Source: a virus. From it: a DNA stretch of 54,208 bases. Position numbers and translations under genes: made by a program. Below are positions 50,813-54,208 of the stretch, piece after piece (within the stretch, counting starts at the first letter, position 1; each line of letters starts with the position of its first letter). The notes under the pieces were generated by a model. It was not told the DNA's origin. It did not search any database and worked only from the letters and a program-made list of their open reading frames with translations. Location: IMG/VR virus record IMGVR_UViG_3300029461_000002. The stretch is one strand, 5' to 3'.

Positions 50813-52906
50813 TTATTTTTTATAAAAACCTTGGAACCTCACGATACCTAGATACTCGGGAGATTTCATTAGTCCGTCCCCCATGCCGCCCAACGTCTCG
50901 GCTCCCGGCTCGTCAAGGACAACCTTGGAGTCAATCTCCTTGGGTACACGGAAGCAAATCTGTACGGGGAAATTCACCTTAGCGTCTCCCGTGATCACGT
51001 TAACCGACGCTCTTTGCGTAGCCGCCATGATCCGGAACCCAAGCGATCGTCCCTTTTGTAGCAACATCTTCAGATTCTCCTCCAATGACTTTTCACGACC
51101 GACCGTGCGTAGCTCCATTTTAGGCTCGAGGAACCCGAAGGCGTTCTTTCGCTGGCCAACCTCGACCATTTCCTTTATGTCAAGTTCCGTTCCCGATCGG
51201 GAGGACGCTACCGCGTCGGCGAACTCATCGAACACCACCAGCGTTTTCCATGATGCCCTCGATTTAGCCCTTTCCTGCATATCCTGTACGAGCTCTTTCA
51301 TCTTGGCCTCTATTTCTTCTATATCATTATAGACCTTTATGTATTTCTCGGAGGAATAATTACAGAACTCGTATTTCGGATCGAAAATTACGATGTCCCG
51401 GATACCGGCTAAGCGGGCGTATTCTATCGTGGATATGATACACACGGATTTACCGCTACCGGTAGCTCCGCAAATCAAGGCGTGAGGCGTGGAGTTGTTA
51501 TCGAGATCCCACACCACGAGCCTTCCGAAGTTATCCGTTCCTATGGGAATCCTCATGCCGTCGATATACTTCTTGTCCCAGTACAAGGACTTGGTTCTTT
51601 TCTTCGGTGATTCTATGGAGAGGTAGGATTTTCCCTCATACACCATAAGCTCGTTACCCATCCTTATGGATGGCACGTCCAGCGCGTTCGCTATGTCTAG
51701 CTTGTATTTCATCACTGTCGTGATCTTTGTCCCAGCGGATACCTCTAGCAGATACGTGTCTGACGAGTATCCGTTAATCTCCTTGGACACGTTCACGATC
51801 ACCCCGAATGTCCGTAGGATATGCTCTATTTTCTCGCTGTTTGTCATATTACTATTGGATAAATCGTATTGAATGAATGAGGAAGCGTTCCTCTTGAACT
51901 CGGATATTACCTTGGGGTTTACCGATCCAAGGGAAGCGTCCCGTATTTTTTTCTGTCTCTTCGATATCAATTCCTTCTTTGACTCGGGCACGTTGAAATC
52001 ATCGACCTCCGCTATCAGCGTCTTGGCCCAGAAATTATAAAGCTCGGCCCTGTCCACGAAGTTGTCGCTATCGTTGATCATGTACACGTAATCCGGATCG
52101 GACACGGCCTCTATCATCCTTTTTAGCGGCTCGTACAATATGGCCTCGTAAAGCTTCCTCGTGTCGTTATCGAGATTGATCACGAATTTCTTCAACTGGG
52201 AGGAGCCGTCCTTGTTTTTCGAGATCTTGTTCTCCACGAACCATACCTCGTCAACATTCTCCCCGAAGCGGGACTCATAGCACTTGACGTAGGTCATTGC
52301 CTGTTTCCCGCAGATAAACGTTAGCTCCTCGTCATCGGTGAACTTGGCCCTTGACTTATGGTCTATGATGACCGTCCGACCGCTTTCCGTCCTTATCGCC
52401 AAGTCTAGCCTAGCGTGGCAGGGTAGGGGGATGTCCACCCCGTTTATCGTTACCCATTCCTCGCACCTTGATTCCACGGCGATTATCTCCTTGATACCGG
52501 AAAGATAGATATCCTTCTCCCCGTAGAAGTTATTGATAAGCCTCGTGGCGTTCTTGGTGGCCTCGATCTTGCATTCCTCTACGGTAGGTGTCGTTTTCTG
52601 TATCTTCCAATCATTCGGGTGTACCTCCTCTATGTATGAGAACGCTACCCTCTCCATTTCCGTGATCGGTATTATCTGCCCCTTGCGCTGTAGCTCCATG
52701 AAGAAATACTCCAAGGCCGAATGATAGGCGTTACCCGCCACCGTGCTGGAGGATGATCTGGATCTTTCCCGGTAAATCTCCCGTTTCTCGAACTCCTTCT
52801 CGTTCCGGGAGAAAGAGGCTACCTTGCTGTAACTCCAAGAGTCGATAAGGTAGTTTGATAAATGCTCCTCCAGCTCGGCGTTGGTATAGGATGAGTACTT
52901 GTTCAT
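50813..52906 (-). CDS. Fusion protein: N-terminal PD-(D/E)XK (RecB/Cas4-like) nuclease plus C-terminal FtsK/SpoIIIE-type P-loop ATPase
   Basis: N-terminal half: HARLDLAIRTESGRTVIIDHKS (D...D-x-K). C-terminal half: PHALICGATGSGKSV (Walker A), LVVFDEFADAV (Walker B), and IMAATQRASVNVITGDAKVNFPVQICFRV...GAETLGGMGDGL, as in FtsK_SpoIIIE. Confidence 0.65.
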   Translation of the reverse strand: MNKYSSYTNAELEEHLSNYLIDSWSYSKVASFSRNEKEFEKREIYRERSRSSSSTVAGNAYHSALEYFFMELQRKGQIIPITEMERVAFSYIEEVHPNDWKIQKTTPTVEECKIEATKNATRLINNFYGEKDIYLSGIKEIIAVESRCEEWVTINGVDIPLPCHARLDLAIRTESGRTVIIDHKSRAKFTDDEELTFICGKQAMTYVKCYESRFGENVDEVWFVENKISKNKDGSSQLKKFVINLDNDTRKLYEAILYEPLKRMIEAVSDPDYVYMINDSDNFVDRAELYNFWAKTLIAEVDDFNVPESKKELISKRQKKIRDASLGSVNPKVISEFKRNASSFIQYDLSNSNMTNSEKIEHILRTFGVIVNVSKEINGYSSDTYLLEVSAGTKITTVMKYKLDIANALDVPSIRMGNELMVYEGKSYLSIESPKKRTKSLYWDKKYIDGMRIPIGTDNFGRLVVWDLDNNSTPHALICGATGSGKSVCIISTIEYARLAGIRDIVIFDPKYEFCNYSSEKYIKVYNDIEEIEAKMKELVQDMQERAKSRASWKTLVVFDEFADAVASSRSGTELDIKEMVEVGQRKNAFGFLEPKMELRTVGREKSLEENLKMLLQKGRSLGFRIMAATQRASVNVITGDAKVNFPVQICFRVPKEIDSKVVLDEPGAETLGGMGDGLMKSPEYLGIVRFQGFYKK

Positions 52907-53739
52907 GGCATGTCCTCTTTGTTTTTGCCCTTAGACTGTCTCATCGCCTCCTTTTTTTGATCGACATCTTTCTTTGTCTCACGAATTGGAAGGATTAGAT
53001 CGTTTACCGTGGTATCCCCGTCCTTTAACGCTTGTATGATCCCGATCAGCATGGCGATCTCGTCGGGGCCTATCTGATTGCTGGTCTGTTTGCCGCATAG
53101 CTTAATGACCTCCTCTTCCGTTATGGCGTATTCGTTCTTGAACTTGTTGATGATATTAGTTCTCGTTTTTAATATCTTGTCAGCGTCGGATAGATCCCCC
53201 GTGATGAATTTTTGGGCGGCTTGATAGACCCTGTCCACTATGGCCTTGGGGATAACGGCGAATACGGAATTGCGATAAGCTATGGAGTTGGCGGCGTTTC
53301 CCGTTACGGTAATCATGTCGTCTGAGTAACGTTTCCCCTTGCTATCCACTATGCTCCTGCGAACCTCGAACGCGGACGCTACATTTGTCTCCAGATCCCA
53401 GCATGTACCCCTGCTGATGATCTGCTTGTCCGTTATCTGGATAACCTTGGCCTCAGTCCTGATATTACCCCAATTGGATACGATTATCTTGGCGAGGTGT
53501 ACGGATGGCCCAGTAATAGGTTTCCCTCCTCTTGGCAAGGCATAACTGCATGACCTTGCCGTGTCTTGATTCATCGTGGCCATTACCACGGAATTATCAA
53601 TACTCCTTCTGATATCCCTAGGATATCTTTTCGCGGTCGCAACTTGTGAGTCCACGTTTGCTCTCTCAACCGCATCTACCTGTAAAATTTGTACTTCATG
53701 GCTTTCTGCTGGAAGTACCTCGTAACTGCTTGATTCCAT
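52903..53739 (-). CDS. Putative ssDNA-annealing recombinase (RecT/Red-beta-like)
   Basis: 278 aa. GNAANSIAYRNSVFAVIP resembles the RecT AKKTAIRRLFKYLP helix. 4-nt overlap with the nuclease-ATPase gene. Confidence 0.45.
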   Translation of the reverse strand: MESSSYEVLPAESHEVQILQVDAVERANVDSQVATAKRYPRDIRRSIDNSVVMATMNQDTARSCSYALPRGGKPITGPSVHLAKIIVSNWGNIRTEAKVIQITDKQIISRGTCWDLETNVASAFEVRRSIVDSKGKRYSDDMITVTGNAANSIAYRNSVFAVIPKAIVDRVYQAAQKFITGDLSDADKILKTRTNIINKFKNEYAITEEEVIKLCGKQTSNQIGPDEIAMLIGIIQALKDGDTTVNDLILPIRETKKDVDQKKEAMRQSKGKNKEDMP

Positions 53740-53913
53740 GATTATTTATTTTGAATGATTTCCTTTACCAATATAAAGTGCTGGTTTCCCAATCTCGTTG
53801 ATACCGATCGTCCTCGGATTCTGTTTCTTCCTCCCCGTCGTACTCCGGTTCGCCGTCGGGGTCTTTGATGTAGATGTCTCTCATGCGATCCTCCGATAAG
53901 CAATGCCTTGGGG

Positions 53914-54131
53914 CTATTGTATTTCTTTAAATACCCCTCCATCTAATTTGTAATATGTATCCGCCTTTATCTTCTCCCCGTCAACAAATTCCGTTTTTAC
54001 GCAAACGGGGATATATCTTTGCTTTTTATCCGAATAAGACCATTCGGATAGTGTTATCCATGATCCTTTTGAGGCTTTTGCTACTGAGTTAATACCTGCG
54101 CACATGATGACACAGTCTTCGCCTGTGCTGT
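53914..54131 (-). CDS. Nonapeptide-repeat protein, 3' part (same gene as 1..568)
   Basis: The reading frame stays open upstream of the track ORF 53914..54105 and joins the repeat array: ...GDGAKIDSTGEDCVIMCAGINSVAKASKGSWITLSEWSYSDKKQRYIPVCVKTEFVDGEKIKADTYYKLDGGVFKEIQ*. Confidence 0.6.
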
Positions 54132-54208
54132 CTATCTTGGCACCGTCGCCGGATGATCCTATCTGGGCATAGTTGCCGGATGATCCTATCTGGGCATAGT
54201 TGCCGGAT
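54132..54208. repeat. 77-nt terminal direct repeat, identical to positions 1-77 (circularisation overlap)
   Basis: Base-by-base comparison of the first and last 77 nt shows them to be identical. Confidence 0.95.

Noticed and set aside
53742-53942. Track ORF of 66 aa (MEGYLKKYNSPK...RPRRRTGVRRGGRNRIRGR).
   Set aside because: The Arg-rich low-complexity translation looks like an off-frame read. An alternative 39-aa acidic ORF (MRDIYIKDPDGEPEYDGEEETESEDDRYQRDWETSTLYW) exists in another frame, but it is too short to call.
54132-54208. The terminal repeat as a biological DTR or att site.
   Set aside because: The length equals a typical assembler k-mer, and the repeat lies inside a continuous ORF and tandem repeat. 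It is more simply explained as a circular-assembly overlap. Real termini need read-based analysis.
1-54208. Additional VRs for the DGR elsewhere in the genome.
   Set aside because: By eye I found no other copy of the invariant TR blocks (for example ggcctcgctaacgtg or gcgccttccgatgcg). This was a visual scan only, and a computational search is needed.

Overview
The window appears to be one complete, circularly closed temperate tailed-phage genome. Positions 54132-54208 are identical to 1-77, so the unique length is about 54,131 bp. Start codons lack Shine-Dalgarno sequences and the integrase looks Bacteroidota-type, which suggests a Bacteroidales host (inference).

Layout:
- 1-9.3 kb: one canonical tRNA(CAT), several non-canonical tRNA-like elements and GC hairpins, then a lysogeny region. 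That region holds an excisionase-like gene, a Cro-like gene, a CI/LexA-type S24 repressor, an AT-rich accessory island, a tyrosine integrase and a small minus-strand operon with an XRE HTH gene.
- 9.5-30.3 kb, plus strand: HK97-like packaging, head and tail genes. These are HNH, TerS, TerL, portal, protease, major capsid, connectors, major tail, G/GT chaperone with an A-run slip site, tape measure and compositionally mosaic tail fibres.
- 28.1-32.0 kb: a diversity-generating retroelement (DGR). The variable repeat (VR) sits at the 3' end of a 715-aa fibre-like gene, followed by a small ORF in the Avd position that does not look like Avd, the template repeat (TR), and a reverse transcriptase (RT).
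- 32.3-34.1 kb: lysis cassette.
- 34.4-36.4 kb: an AT-rich unit flanked by terminators that encodes a GHKL-ATPase and a STAS-like protein.
- 39.0-53.9 kb, minus strand: early and replication genes. These include Dam methylase, DnaB, HNH endonucleases, VRR-NUC, ASCH, YopX, a RecT-like protein and a PD-(D/E)XK nuclease fused to an FtsK-type ATPase.
- A gene with 27-bp (9-aa) tandem repeats spans the circularisation junction.

All calls rest on manual translation, motif recognition from memory and synteny. No database search was possible.
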